Assembly: GCF_009914755.1 (NCBI RefSeq)
Contig: NC_060942.1
Source: the human T2T-CHM13v2.0 reference genome, Homo sapiens
DNA length: 64,000 bases
Strand: one strand, 5' to 3'
Position numbers and translations under genes: made by a program. Positions 1 through 14,924 of the stretch are shown here, piece by piece. The notes below the pieces were generated by a model. It saw only the letters and a program-made list of their open reading frames with translations. It ran no database searches and was not told the DNA's origin. Each line of letters begins with the position of its first letter. The stretch's first letter is position 1.

Positions 1-220
1 CTGCTCTCTCCCCCAAACATGGCAGGCTTATAAAATCTGATTTTTAAATATTTATTTGCTCATCTTAAATCCAGACCCAAATCCACTGGCATAATTGGCA
101 GAACATTCCTAAGAATATTGGCTTCTAAGTATTGTCTTCAGTTGGTGTGTATAGAAATGGACCCCTGAAGAGTGAAGAAGGGCTTTGGGATATAAATGCT
201 GATTAGGAATGACACTGTAG

Positions 221-559
<339 letters not shown>

Positions 560-600
560 TGAAGCTTTCGTCATAAGTAGCTGAAGTATCCTAATAGCAA

Positions 601-903
<303 letters not shown>

Positions 904-1054
904 TAATTGGGATTTTACAGAACTATTTTTGTGGCTTTTCAGTAACAATTTTCCTGTAGTAAAGATCTTGGTATTTGAAGAAACCTTTTTTCACATTATG
1001 ATTTCAGAAAAAGAATTTCTAGAATACAAAGAAAATTTTTATTCTAATAATTGC

Positions 1055-1640
1055 TATCAGTCAAAGTTGAATGAAGAAAAGAGAAACCATGTTAATTATT
1101 TCAAGCAGAAGAAATTTAATGCGGGGAATTGGTTAACCCAGAGATTAATACTTTGAGAAAAGAGCTAACATCTTAGGTATTGAGAGAATATAAGGGGAGA
1201 AGTGATGTTATCAAAATCTAGGATCTTGGAGAAGTATCTGGAGGACTGATGCTTGGATTTCTGATTGATTTGTGATGCTTTGTGGTTAGGGCTTGGGCAT
1301 CCCAAGGGATGGGGCCAGCTGGTGCTCAGACTGCCACATGGGGTTGAGGGACAGCCGTGGCGGCTGCAGCTGGTCCCTCGGATGGGGTACATTGAAGTAG
1401 GAGGCTTGTTGTGCACTGCTGCTGGAGAGATGTCAACTCACGCTAGAAGTGCTAAGTGAGTTTCTTCTCAGTACCTCCCATCTTCCTATTTCTTGCCCGT
1501 GTTTTCCATTGGTGGAAGCTAACTGAGAACCAGTTGATGAGAGAGTCTGAGAAGTAGGTGTGACTCCTAGCTCCAGCCTTATGGTGTGGTATCTGAAAAG
1601 GTGGGCTTGAAGCTTATAGACAACAGAGAAATAACTGGCA
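1055..1640. mobile_element. Ancient LTR fragment (LTR78-like)
   Basis: tatcagtcaaag...gagaaaccatg...aatttaatgcggggaattggtta and ...ccattggtggaagctaactgagaaccag resemble a recalled LTR78-type consensus. Confidence 0.4.
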
Positions 1641-1757
1641 AATGCATCGTGTGTTTAAGCATAATAATGTAGAACTTTGGCCTTTAGGGATTCACACCTA
1701 CAGTTTCAACTGTACCATAAGCAGCCTACCACTCCATTACATATTGTAATTTGTAGT

Positions 1758-2067
1758 TTTCTTTTTCTTTTCTTTTCTTTTTTTTTGAGACAGAGTTTCA
1801 CTCTGTCGCCCAGGCTGGAGTGCAGTGGCACAATCTCAGCTCACTGTAGCCTCTGCCTCTCGGGTTCAAACCATTCTCCTGCCTCACCCTCCCAAGTAGC
1901 TAGGGCTACAGGTGTGAGCCACCATGCCCAGGTAATTTTTGTATTTTTAGTAGAGATGGGGTTTCCCTATGTTGGCCAGTCTGGTCTTGAACTCCTGGCC
2001 TCAAGCGATCCACCTGCCTCAGCCTCCCATAGTGCTGGGATTACAGGTGTGAGCCACTGCCCCCAGC
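1758..2067 (-). mobile_element. Alu
   Basis: Antisense Alu; TSD gtaatttgta on both sides. Confidence 0.95.
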
Positions 2068-2389
2068 TAGTAATTTGTATTTTTCTTAAGGCACAAATTC
2101 AAATCATGTTCCATTAGGTGGGTATGCTGAGTGACTTGGCTGCGAAACCTAGCACCCTTGTGCCAGTGAAGTTTTCTCTGTTCCTGTTAGCAATGCTTAC
2201 GAAGTGTCTAACATTTTTTTGTGTTGTTGATGGAGGTGAGGGAGGAATGAGGAACTCCAAGAAGGTGTGGAGCAGTGGCTCAGCTCTGAATTCGGTGAGT
2301 TCGCTCTACATTTCATAACAGAGGTTCCAAGAGTTCATGGATGCATCTGGTCAATACGATGAGTTGAATTTGTTGTCATGAATTATAAA

Positions 2390-2615
2390 TGGGAAAATTT
2401 CTCCTTAAAATTGGGATTTTAGCTTTTTTTTTTCTTTTTTTGCCTGAAAAAAATTGAAAGATTCAGTGATATTGGGCCCACATTCTCTCAAGAAAACAAT
2501 TTGCTGAATCCGGTAGTGGACAGAGACACCCGTCAGCCCCCAGGGTTCCACTTTCCTCATTTAGGCCTTTTCATGTGCCGGTTTCTCCCTTTTGACATCC
2601 AGATTGCAACCCCTA
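2390..2615. mobile_element. hAT-Charlie fragment (MER102-like)
   Basis: ...gaaagattcagtgatattgggcccacattc... resembles the MER102 core; ends ...gcaacccct. Confidence 0.4.
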
Positions 2616-2719
2616 CTCTACAAGTAAAAAGAAAGTGATTCATGAAATTATTTTAGTGAGTACCCCGGAAAGTACAAACATTGCCTTTTCTGTTGGAAAT
2701 TTTATGTTCTCGGGGGTTC

Positions 2720-3185
2720 ATCAATTAGGATTCTCTTGGATACAAATGATAGAAACACAATTTGAACCACCTGGGCAAAAGTGAGCTAATTGGCTTTTAC
2801 AACCAAAGTACATAAAGACAGTGGTGGGAGCTGACCCCAGGGAAGGCCAAAGCCAGAGATTCCAACAACTTCATTTTCTCAGACTGCCTTCTGCACAGGG
2901 CTGGAACGATGGATGCCTGTGTTCCTCTTAATCGGATAGAAAAAGGGTCTCTCCTAGTAACACTGAGAAAAAAATGCTGGAAAAAATCAATAGAGTGCCC
3001 AGCTGGTATCTTGTGCATGTCACTGAACCAGTCTCTAGAGGGGAGGGTGGATGCCAGGACTGCCCACCTATGTCAGTTCCTCTTCCTGGCAGGGAAGTAG
3101 GATCTGCTCTTTTCAAACCAGGTGAGCAGAAGAGGGAGGAACAATTTCCTCAAATGAAGGGGTGTACGGTTACCAGAAGAAGAAG
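2720..3185 (-). mobile_element. Old MaLR LTR (MLT1K/L-like)
   Basis: ttaggattctcttggatacaaatgatagaaac start and tcactgaaccagtc motif typical of antisense old MLT1. Confidence 0.5.
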
Positions 3186-3189
3186 GTAG

Positions 3190-3385
3190 ACAGTCTGGGC
3201 AATATAGCAGAACCCCATCTCTGCAAACAAATTAGCTGGGCCTGGTGGTGTGTGCCTGTGATCCCAGCTACTCGGGAGGCTGAGATGAGAGGACTGCTTG
3301 AGCCTGGGAGGTCTTAGGCTGCAGTGAGCCATGATTGCACCAGTGCACTCCAGCCTGTGTGACAGAGTGAGAAAGAAAAAACAAA
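3190..3385 (+). mobile_element. Alu fragment (AluJ/FRAM-like 3' part)
   Basis: cagtctgggcaatatag...gcactccagcctgtgtgacagagtgaga plus A-rich tail. Confidence 0.9.
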
Positions 3386-3470
3386 AGAGGAGGTAGAGAT
3401 AATAAATGTCTACTCTGAGGGTTATTCAAAAATTGGAGCTGTCGTGAAGATCTGATTGTCTTCCTTGTAC

Positions 3471-3509
3471 ACATTGTGCAGACCTTCCACAATGTGCAGA
3501 CCTTCCACA
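3471..3509. repeat. 18-bp tandem duplication
   Basis: acattgtgcagaccttcc / acaatgtgcagaccttcc. Confidence 0.9.
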
Positions 3510-3519
3510 GCCTTTGCAC

Positions 3520-3976
3520 TATGACTGTATCCCCACCCTTTGCATTCTGACTTCGTAGCTTCTTCCATCAAGAGTGACTTGCTTTGGCCAACAGACTGCT
3601 GTCAACAGGCAGTGAAAATGACACCTTGCCAGTTCCAAGCCTAGCCTCAAGAAGCCTGTGCCCATCTGTTCTATCTCTTGGCAGTTTTCCCAGCTGCCAG
3701 GTGAACATGTCCCAGGCTAGACTCCTGGAGGATGAGAGACCACGTGGAGCAGAATCAAGGTGTCTTAGGTGAGGCCATCTAAGACCAGCCAGCCTCACTC
3801 AGGCTAACTCAGCAGCTGATTGAAGATGCGTGGGCAATCCCAGGCAAAATGAGATCAGCTGAAGGAAGCCTAGCATGGCCTAGACAAGAAGAATCACCCA
3901 GCTGACCCAGAGACTCCTGAGCAATGATAAGACTACATTCTGGGAGTGTTTGCTATTCAGCAATAGCTAACTGACA
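3520..3976 (+). mobile_element. MaLR LTR (MLT1F/G-like)
   Basis: gtgacttgctttggccaa, ggaggatgagagaccacgtggagcag and 3' end gcaatagctaactgaca. Confidence 0.75.
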
Positions 3977-5459
3977 TGTCAAGCAGTTACCCTGGTGTGT
4001 ATTAAACAGCCTCCGAAAGTTGAGTAGAAAAGAGAAGCAGATATTTACATTGCTTATTCTTGTGTGATAGCTAAGACAGAAGCTACTGAACATTATCATG
4101 CAAGAGAACCAACTTTTTTTTAAGGTCATGACTATTTCTCAATATTCATTGAGAAATGATTTAGTGGTAAAGATAATTGATTTTGAAATATCGTAAACTA
4201 CACAACATAACAATAGTAGGATAGAGGCACCCAAGAGAGTAAAATTGTACTGTGAGAATGGAAGAGGAAGGGCATCGCAGGGAAAAACAGGCTGTTCTTA
4301 GCTATGAGCATCTTTCCCTGAATTACCTCATTCAGTCTCTTCAAGTTTCCACCTTGAGTCATATACTGCAACCTAAGGACTGCTTATGCACTTTGTATTA
4401 AATAGTGCCTTTTTAAAAAATGCATTTCTCCTTGCTTATGTTCATAGTCATTTCTTCACATGCTTCTACTTCTGTGAGGGAATAAAAGAAGAAAGGGGAC
4501 CTTAAAGAGAACCAGCCCATTTGGTTAAAGATTAGTAGCTCTTGTGAAAGGATTAGTAGAAGGAGTCGGCTTTATCTCTTATTTCAAATTTCCAAACCGC
4601 CTGTTCTCTGCTCTCTTACTAAATTTCACAGTTGATCATAAAAGAAAACAACCTGCAAAATAAGTTTAGGGTAACTGTGAACATTTTTCTGATATTCACC
4701 CTTACTGAAACTTTCCAATAGGCAAGATAAAGATGTAAAAAAAAAAGATATGCTTTTTCCTCCATAGGAAGACACTTACCAGTTTCTTCTTAGATAACTG
4801 GAAACAAATGTTTTTAAAATTATTACTCTGTCTTTCCTGTTTCCTTGCCTCCAATGTAGGCCATCTGGGTCATGGCCCAGTTAGATGGGTGGTTGCAGGT
4901 TCTACGTTTCCTGGCCTCTCATTTCTGGAATCAAGTTGGTGTGAGTACAATTCTTATTTTGTATTTTTTTTCCATTTAGCGTCACATGGATGATCTGAAG
5001 TTCTGAAGGCCATATTCTTCTAGCCCATTCTCGAGACTGAGGAAAATCCCTGATGCTTTGAGACGATAGCCCCTAGCCAGGTTCATAGCATGGAGTGGTT
5101 ACTAGGGGACGGGGTAGGCAGAGCCCTTGCCTTCAAGGAGTTAGAGATCGCCTGGCACGGAGTCAACAGGAACGTGAGCATGAATGTGCGCCGCAGTGAA
5201 GTGACATAGCTTGATTAATTGCTTCTTTTATAGTACTATTTGTAGGGACGCAAGAGAGGGCAGTGCTGTACAGCTGCCCCACTGCAGAGCAGCCCTGCTT
5301 GGCCCTGTATCTTTTCAGGCAACCCAGTCCTTCCACAGCAAGGCTGTGTAGCTGATGTCTTGGACATTGTATAGACAAGGCTTTGACTGGAGAAGGCTGA
5401 AATAGGATTTGCATGGATAATGGTAATGCAGAAATTTAGGTACGGTACTTACTCCACCA

Positions 5460-5610
5460 GCACAGGGATGAATGGCCTCATTCCTTAGAAACAAATGGAT
5501 GAAGAGAGTAGTTGACTTGCCTCCGGCAGCACAATCAGCAGGTGCTGAAGCCAGAACTTGAATTCAGGGATCTGAAACTTGAGTCCAGGTGCTGAAGCTT
5601 CATCCCACAC
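5460..5610. mobile_element. MIR fragment
   Basis: gttgacttgcctcc...gaagccagaacttgaattcagg MIR core-like. Confidence 0.5.
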
Positions 5611-5729
5611 TGTCTCTCGACTCTCAGGGGGCTCTGTTCACACCATTCTCACATAGGGAAGTTAATAAGACAGAGCATGTAGAAAGAGGTGACTGGTAAG
5701 TGGACCAAACAAAAAACTGAATCAAATCA

Positions 5730-6060
<331 letters not shown>

Positions 6061-6131
6061 CAGGACCAAAACTAAAAAGCAAATCTAAATCAACAAAATC
6101 CCGAAGTTAGGTCTTTCCCCCATCCATGTCA

Positions 6132-6163
6132 GCAGTCTCTGTGTTGTCCACCAGATGTCAGTA
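6132..6163 (+). promoter_or_regulatory. Candidate CTCF site
   Basis: TGTCCACCAGATGTCAGTA (6145-6163) is close to the CTCF core; GCAGTCTC about 5 bp upstream resembles the upstream module. Confidence 0.45.
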
Positions 6164-6414
6164 GCTCCACATAGTTTTTCTCTGTTCTGGTTCTGTCTGT
6201 GCAGCTACTGAGTACACGGGTAGGGTTGTTTTGTGTTACAATGTAAAGCAGTCTGATCACAGCACCCCACTCACTTCTCAATATTTTGTATTAAATTAAA
6301 CTCAGAAAATCAGTTAAGGCTACATAAACGCCCTAAAAAATGATAAAACAATGACTTCTCCTTCTCCCCTGCTAGAAGGTAAGGCTGCCCCAGGTGCTCA
6401 CATGAGGGCATACG

Positions 6415-6579
6415 TGCACACACACGCACTTCGCTGCATCCACCCCCACACCTGCCCTCTCCACGCGTGACACACTTCTGTTCATCCACACAGACACAGG
6501 CCCACACCAACCCACACATATCCACCCCCAATATCCACTCCACACACCACACAACCCACCCCATCCACCTCCTATCCAC

Positions 6580-6614
<35 letters not shown>
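6415..6614. repeat. CA/CCAC-rich low-complexity tract ending in (CA)n
   Basis: Degenerate CA-rich run with pure (AC)n at 6583-6614. Confidence 0.9.
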
Positions 6615-6616
<2 letters not shown>

Positions 6617-6766
6617 CGCTGCCCTGTGACATTACAAACCAGAATCACTTCTTCAAGAATCCCTTAAAATCCCCTGAGACTATAAGGTAAGTAGAAAAGT
6701 TTTTTCTGTATCTATGTCATTAGTGTCATTCCTGAATCTTTCCTAACAATATTAAAAACTACCGGC

Positions 6767-7058
<292 letters not shown>

Positions 7059-7522
7059 AACTAAAAGCTTTTGGCTTTTTAAAAATAGCCACACTCCAGG
7101 ACCTCCACAACTTTAAAAAAATCTTACTTCCTCAAAATCCACTGAAAAAAGGTACTTCTTATCTTACCCATTCACAAACCTATGTCCATCTTTCCTAAAC
7201 AATTCTTCTGTTGGCATTTCTCTTATATCTACTCTTACATCCCCAGTTCCCAGTGAGCTCTCAAAGTAGCTGTCTATTTCTTAGTAAAAACCACATGTTA
7301 AGTATCCAGTAAATTCAAGATCTCTAACTTCAAATATCTCCCCAGAAGCAGAATTTTCAACTTCTATTCTTTTTTTCCTTTACGAAAGCACCATCTACTG
7401 GCTATAGTTGGTATTGTAGCTCAGTTCCAGTTAATGCCCAACCCCAAAAGAAGCAACAGAGCTTCTTTTGTAATTAAATGATCAGGGTATAAACAGTGAT
7501 ACGATTTTTATTACAAAAATAG

Positions 7523-7933
<411 letters not shown>

Positions 7934-8286
7934 TGACTTCCTTCTTGGTCACTGAGGCAGCATGTGCATGTTGGGGTGACGTTTACTGTTTCTATAAGTT
8001 GTACCAAAACATCTACTTAACCTTTTACATTTGTGCCATTCCTTCACATAAAGACATATGGTACCCCTTCCCCATCAAATCTTTATCTTACCCCACATAT
8101 TTTATATTATTTAAATTGGGTCATCTGTTACACTCAAATTTTTGCTTTTATGAAACTCTGTCTTTGATAATATAATAGATGCTAATGGGGGAAATAATGT
8201 ATGTTTTGGTGAAAATTGTTCTAAGGTCAAATTTTCAGGATTGATCTATTTCATGATGTAGGCATTATTTATAATTCACAAAATAA

Positions 8287-8584
<298 letters not shown>

Positions 8585-9391
8585 TTGGCTTTTTAGATTT
8601 ATTAAAAATTGCAACTGACTAGGGACAGTCCCAGATAGTGTTAATAGAGTTAATACGTTCATTCCATCTCTATCAATATGTGTTTTGTATACTAAAATCT
8701 TATGAGATTTTGTTCTGTAACTTGGGAAAGAGAAAGAAAAATATTTTGGAGAAGAAAATCGGGGAATAAAAGTGGGGAAAAAGGAGCTGGGAAGAAAGAG
8801 GAAGAAAAAGAAAGCAGTGTATAATGTAATTATCTTCCTGGCTTATATTTGAACTCCTCTGGATAGAGGAATGATGACCAGAAGTTATGAATTATTTTAT
8901 AAACACAAAAGTTGATAAAACCTTTCAAAAGACACTTTGTGATTCTCTTGGCATAACAGAGCTGCCTTAGTGACCAGATGTCACAATGTGATACAGAGCC
9001 AGAGAGGAAGTCATTTTTGTCCATGATGCAAGGAACCCAGCATTTTGACAACCCAGATGGAATGTGGAGCTCCCATGGAAGAAACGTGTCATCTGGAGGC
9101 CTGCATAACCACTGCATTCTCCAGATGGGCACTGGAAGCGCTGAGGCTTCCCACCCAGAAGGTCCACGTGGTGGACAAGGGCAAGTGACAACCAGAGCCA
9201 CGACTCAAAAGAGGGTGGCTGCTTCAGGCTGATTTCCTTTGACAGACTGGTTTATGGACGTGTGCAAGGGCCTCTCTTTGGGAACTGTCAGAAATGACAG
9301 GAGAGATACAAGAAGGTCAACGTCTGGAAATCCGACAAAATGGGCTTAATTCATTGTAATTTTGTTTGCTTTTAAAAAATTAAATCTCTGT

Positions 9392-10045
9392 CTATATGTG
9401 TATATATACATATTTTAAATACATATATATTTAAATACATATATCTGTATTTTAAATACATATATCTGTATTTTAAATACATGTATATTTAAATACATAT
9501 ATCTGTATTTTAAATACATGTATATTTAAAATACATATATCTGTATTTTAAATACATGTATATTTAAATACATATATCTGTATTTTAAATACATGTATAT
9601 TTAAGTACATATATGTTTTTATATATACGTATATTAAAATACATATATGTATTTATATACATATAAAAACATATATGTATTTATATATACGTATATTAAA
9701 TTACATATATGTATTTATATATACATATATTAATACATATATGTATTTATATATACATATATTAATACATATATGTATTTATATATACATATATTAATAC
9801 ATATATGTATTTTATATATACATATATTTATTTATTTAAATACATATATGTATTTTATATATACATATATGTATTTTATATATACATATATGTATTTATT
9901 TAAATACATATATTTACATACATTTATGTATTTTAAATACCTCATTAGGTATTTAAAATGCATACAAATATAAAATAAATATAGGTATTTGAAATATATA
10001 TAAAAATATAAAAAACATATAGGTATCTTAAATACCTAATGAGGT
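9392..10045. repeat. AT-rich minisatellite / (TA)n-derived low-complexity array
   Basis: Recurrent units such as ttttaaatacatatatctgta and tacatatatgtatttatata. Confidence 0.95.
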
Positions 10046-11509
10046 CTGGGATATCTGGGCAATGTCTATTAGCTTAACTAACAGCGTCAGTGATAACCCT
10101 TATTACCCATGGTAAGAAGCAAGCGGGTATAACATGGATAATTAGTACGTCCAGAGGAAATGGAGAGGGCATAGAACCCACTCGAGCTTCTATATTCCAA
10201 TTACTTCCGGGATTGCGTGGATAAATAACATGGCTGTAAACAGGGGAGAGGGGATGAGAATAGTTTAAAACCCATGCATGTAGCTTGACTGATTGGTTCT
10301 AGAAGTTACCAGGGCATTGATCAGGGTTAGCGGGGCGCTTGGCTGATTCCTTCTGCAAAGCACATGCTAGTTTTCACACTTGCATGTGAAACGTCTAAAG
10401 CCATATCAGAACTGAGACAGGAAATGAAAGGTGATAAAACCACAGCCCCCCACTCCAGCTCCGCTCTGCACAGCTGCTCTGCTTCTTCACACAGGCCGAC
10501 TTCAATGGAAGCTCGATGCATGCAGAACTGCCCAGGGACCTGGCCTCTTCACCTCATCACATTTTGAGGTGGGCAACACCAGCTTTTGAATCAGGAAGCA
10601 ATTTGAAAATCAGTCATGTTTGGATCCCTCAGGCCTGGTTTCATCTGATTAATAAGCTCTGCTTTCAAAGCTCCCCCTGGACAGTCTCCCTCCCCAAACC
10701 CACTCTCCAAGTGTCTGCAAGCCGACTCCTCGGCTCCCTTTTGAGCAGGTCCAGCAATAGGAATCGGGCAGCCTTACCCAGAAGGACTAGCCCAGCATCG
10801 GCTGACCTTGCCAGGAGGAATTTCTCTCTCCAGCTTGAATTTCCTTCCTGCCTAACTTTAGGCCTTTACTGGGGACCACGCTCCCCTTTGACCACCCGGA
10901 ATAAATCTCCCCTGCATCCCTGACAGCTGCTGATTTGGCTTCTTTCTTATTTTTTTTTTTAATTGAAAGTAAACCTTCAAAGTGGCCCAGCCACCTGAGA
11001 AGCTCGGCTGAGCGTGGCAGCTGGGCAGTGAACCTGAAACAGCGGCGCGGCGTTTCACCGGGTCCCCTCCCGCTCAGGGCAGAAATCATGGGGTTTTGTG
11101 GGCTGCCAGGGCCGCTTAGCTTTCAATTTAGCTTTTGCATTAGAAAAAGGGAATATGGACATGGGTCAAATGATTGTGGAGTGATTTTGAAAGTAGCTGT
11201 GTAACAGGCGAGAGATGGGGGCAGGGGGAGGTTTGATTTGCAGGCAGAATGCAAGTTTATTTATAAGAGAAATCTAGGGGTGTCTTTGTGCTTTCCTGTT
11301 AGACTCTTGGAAGCACTTTGAAGAAGGAAATAAAATTTAAAAAACATATTCAAATTTAACAATCAGTCTTGAACACCGGGAAGCGACAATGTACAGGATG
11401 GCACAGAGAGGGTCAAGATTGCTAGAATTTTCTTTTAGGGTCTTCTCCTTGTTACCTTGTTATTTTAAGCTGGTCACTTCAACTCTCTATATCTTCCCCC
11501 AAACACATT

Positions 11510-13180
11510 TTATTTTTGTTTTGGAAAGTTTTAAATATTCAGAAAAGTTGAAAAAATAATATAACAAGTTCATATCCACCACCTAGATTCAACAATGGTT
11601 AACATTTTTTTCCATATTTGTTTTGTTGTTTTGTTTTTATCTTTATGTGTACACACACACAGACCCCCCCCCCCCGCCCACACACAGACACATTTGCTGA
11701 AACATTAGAAAGTAAGTTACAGGCAGCATGACAATTTATCCCTAATTAAATACCCGAGCATGCATTTCCTAATACTAACATTCTCCTAAATAACCCCAAT
11801 ACAATGATCACACCTAAGATAATGAAAAAGAATTCCCTAATAACATCTAATATCCAGGCCATATTAAAACTTCTCCAAGTGATTCAAAACTGTCTCTGAT
11901 AAGTGTTTTTTGTTTTGAACCAGGAGCCAATCAAGTTTCACCCGTTACATTTGGTTGTTGTCTTTTTAATCTCTTGCTCTCTCATCTCTCATTGAGGCAG
12001 AACCTACATACAAGTGTATAACCTTAAACCTGTACCTTGATCAATTTTTACATACTTATGTAAAAATTGTGACCCCTATATGACCACCAACCAGGTTGAT
12101 ATATGGAATATTTTTATTGCCCCTGAAGGTTGCCCCAAGCTGTTTCTCTGTCAATATGACCTCTTCCCCATCCCCTAGAAGGGGCAAGGGTATGAAACAA
12201 CTGAACCTCCCAGATCCTTTGGCTGAAAGTGCAAATTGGTTGAACCACTTAGGAAAATTGTTGGCAGTATTTAAAACCCTTCAATAGATACTGATTCTAT
12301 GAACCAGTAATTCGTCTCCTAAGTCTACACCACAGAGTTGCATATGCCATCAAAGACCCGTGCAAGAATGCTTACAACAGCTTTATTCACAATGTCCCCA
12401 AGTTGGAAATGTCACAGATATCCATCAACAATAAAATAGATAACTGAATTGTGGCATATGTATATACAAAGAAATGCTACACAGTAACAAAAGGAAAGAG
12501 ATACTGCATCTTGCAATAGCATAGATGAATCTCAGACATGTTGAGTGAAAGAAGCTTGATACAAGAGCACAGGCTGTATGAATCCTTGTAGATGAAAGCC
12601 AAAAAGAGGCATAAACTATCATCGACTGTGACTGAAGTCTTTAGAGTCCTTTAATTAATAATCATCATGTTTTTTTTTCTCCCCCACGATATTTTCTCTT
12701 TGGAGAAAGTAGATGAGTTGTTTTGTAGAATATGTTACATTCTGGATTTGTCTGATTATTTTCTCATTGAACTTGACCCTTCACAACTGGGGACCCATGA
12801 GAGAATTGAGGTGTGTTGTCCTAAGGCACTCATTTTAGGTCGTGAATTAACTTCTATCCCATGCAACTAGAATAGTAGTAGTTATGTTCCATTCTTAGGA
12901 GAACTGACAATCATCACTCAACTCATATTCTGTGGATCCATGGTTCAGTTGAGGAACTAGCTGAGAAAGGCTTACTGAAAGATATTAAGGCTCAATTAGA
13001 GTCAAGTCATTTTGGGCAAGATTATTTTACAGTTGGTACCATTTACTTCCTACTGTATCATGCTGGGAGGCATTTAACATCAGGTTGTTACACCATTAGT
13101 GATGTGGTTGTGAGTTTGATTGTTTGGTTAAGGTGGTGACCACCTCAACCGCTTCATTGTAAAGAATGTTCTCCTTGGTC
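11510..13180. mobile_element. Nested old L1M fragments (L1MC/L1ME-like, both orientations)
   Basis: L1MC-type 3' UTR pieces antisense (11510-11970, 12640-13180) around a sense L1ME-like piece (gaaagtgcaaattggttgaaccacttaggaaa..., about 12220-12630). Confidence 0.6.
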
Positions 13181-13879
13181 TCCATGGTTTAACAACCTTA
13201 TTTGTCAACATGCAGTACTCATAGGCCAGTATCTCCCACTTGATGGAATGGTTTATTCTCAGCAAATTTAGCTACGAGGTAAAATTCTTCAAAGAAAATT
13301 GTTATTTCACCTACAAGAGCTTCACTCTAAAGTAGGAGCTTCATACCATAAACACACAACTGTAATAACACATTTGTAATCTTTAAGATTTTTAGATAAC
13401 ATCAAATGAATTCACTTCTTACTTGAGATAATCTGATAAACATCATTCATGACATTAAAACTGATCTAGGACATATGATTTTGCATTTATATACATTTGG
13501 TGGTGGTAAGTATTATGATAAAAATAGTGTTTAAATCATTGGCAGAAACTAAATTAAGGATTTCATGAATATACGTAGATCTTGGAGCTGGAAGAGATGT
13601 GTTTCAAAGCATTCTACAGTAGAAAAAATAACTCTTAAGAACTCACTCTTGTACTCTAACTTAAAGGAGGGAAAGTGGTTTAAGCATGATTATCAACAGA
13701 TTTCATGCGAAGAAAATCATTTAAAGTGACTTAGATGGACTTTAGTGCATAATAATCACACCAATCCAGAAATTTCATGAAGAAAACGAAGGGTCACATC
13801 TCTGAGCAATCATAGCCAACCTATTCCAAGTCTTGACATCCTTGAGGCAGATTAAAGATGGACACAAATTGGTTGACAA

Positions 13880-14680
13880 TCTTTCTTTCAAGAGATTGGG
13901 TCCATGTCTCCTTTCCCGGGAGATTGGTAGGCCCTGTAGCTGCTTTGACCGAGAGCATACAGTGCAGGTGAAGATGTGCACATTCCTGCACCCAAGTCTT
14001 CAAAGACTGGGAGCTACCTCTTACTATCTTTGGAAACACCCACTTCTGGAACCTAGCCATTGTGCTGCAGAAAGCCCCAGCAGTCCTGGGGAGGGGCCCA
14101 TGTGGAGAAGAACTCAGACCCCTAACTCACATCTCTGATTCGGATCCCAGCTGATAGCTGGCACCAACTTGGCAGCCATGTGAGGGAACCATTCTTGAAA
14201 GTGGATCCTCTAGTCCTCGTTGGGCCACCTCAAATGATGCTTCATGGAGCAGAGGTGGCCATCTCTGCCAAGCCCTGAACATAATTGCAGATTGTGGAGT
14301 AAAATAAATAAGTATTCTTTTTTTTTTTTTTTTGAGACTGGGTCTTACTCTGTTGCCCAGGCTGTAGTGCAGTAGCATGATCTCAGCTCACTGCAACCTC
14401 CACTTTCCAGGCTCAAGTGATTCTTGTACTCAGCCTCCCAGGTAGCTGGAATTATAGGCATGCACCACCATGGCTGGCTAATTTTGGTATTTTTAGTAGA
14501 GATGGGGTCTCACCATGTTGGCCAGGCTGGTCTTGAACTCCTGATCTAAAGTGATCTGCCTGTCTTGGCCTCCCAAAGTGCTGGGATTACAGGTGTGAGC
14601 CATCACACCCGGCCGAAATGAGTATTATACTCAAGCTGCTGGGTCTTGGAGTCATTTCTTAGGTACCAAAGTTAATGCAA
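13880..14680 (+). mobile_element. MaLR LTR (MLT1H-like) interrupted by an Alu
   Basis: gcaccaacttggcagccatgtgag...gaaagtggatcct, aattgcagattgtggagtaaaataaat. Confidence 0.7.
14317..14614 (-). mobile_element. Alu
   Basis: Antisense Alu; TSD aaataagtatt / aaatgagtatt. Confidence 0.95.
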
Positions 14681-14924
14681 CAATCCTTATTTGTTATATG
14701 GTGATAAACCTACTTGTCTTGTATACACAGAGAGGGTAAAATACAATAGTGTATATAAAAGTGGTTTTCAAACTATAAAGCAATTCTATGCCAATGTAAG
14801 GTGTAAGTATCTGCAAAAACCAACAGAATAGGAGGATTCTGTAAATATTACTGATCTGAAGTTGGCATATTGCTCTAATTTCTGTGGATCCCACCTCCTG
14901 AAGTTGGAAACAGTACCAGTTCCT

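Noticed and set aside
6310-6667. Cys/Val- and His/Thr-rich ORFs
   Set aside because: Translation of CA/TG low-complexity sequence
9392-10045. Repeat array as CRISPR-like or coding (ORF 9773-9973)
   Set aside because: No unique spacers, eukaryotic context, simple AT-rich repeat
10328-10345. CTCF-like ttagcggggcgctt (also 8968-8986 and 32878-32896)
   Set aside because: Only partial matches to the core motif
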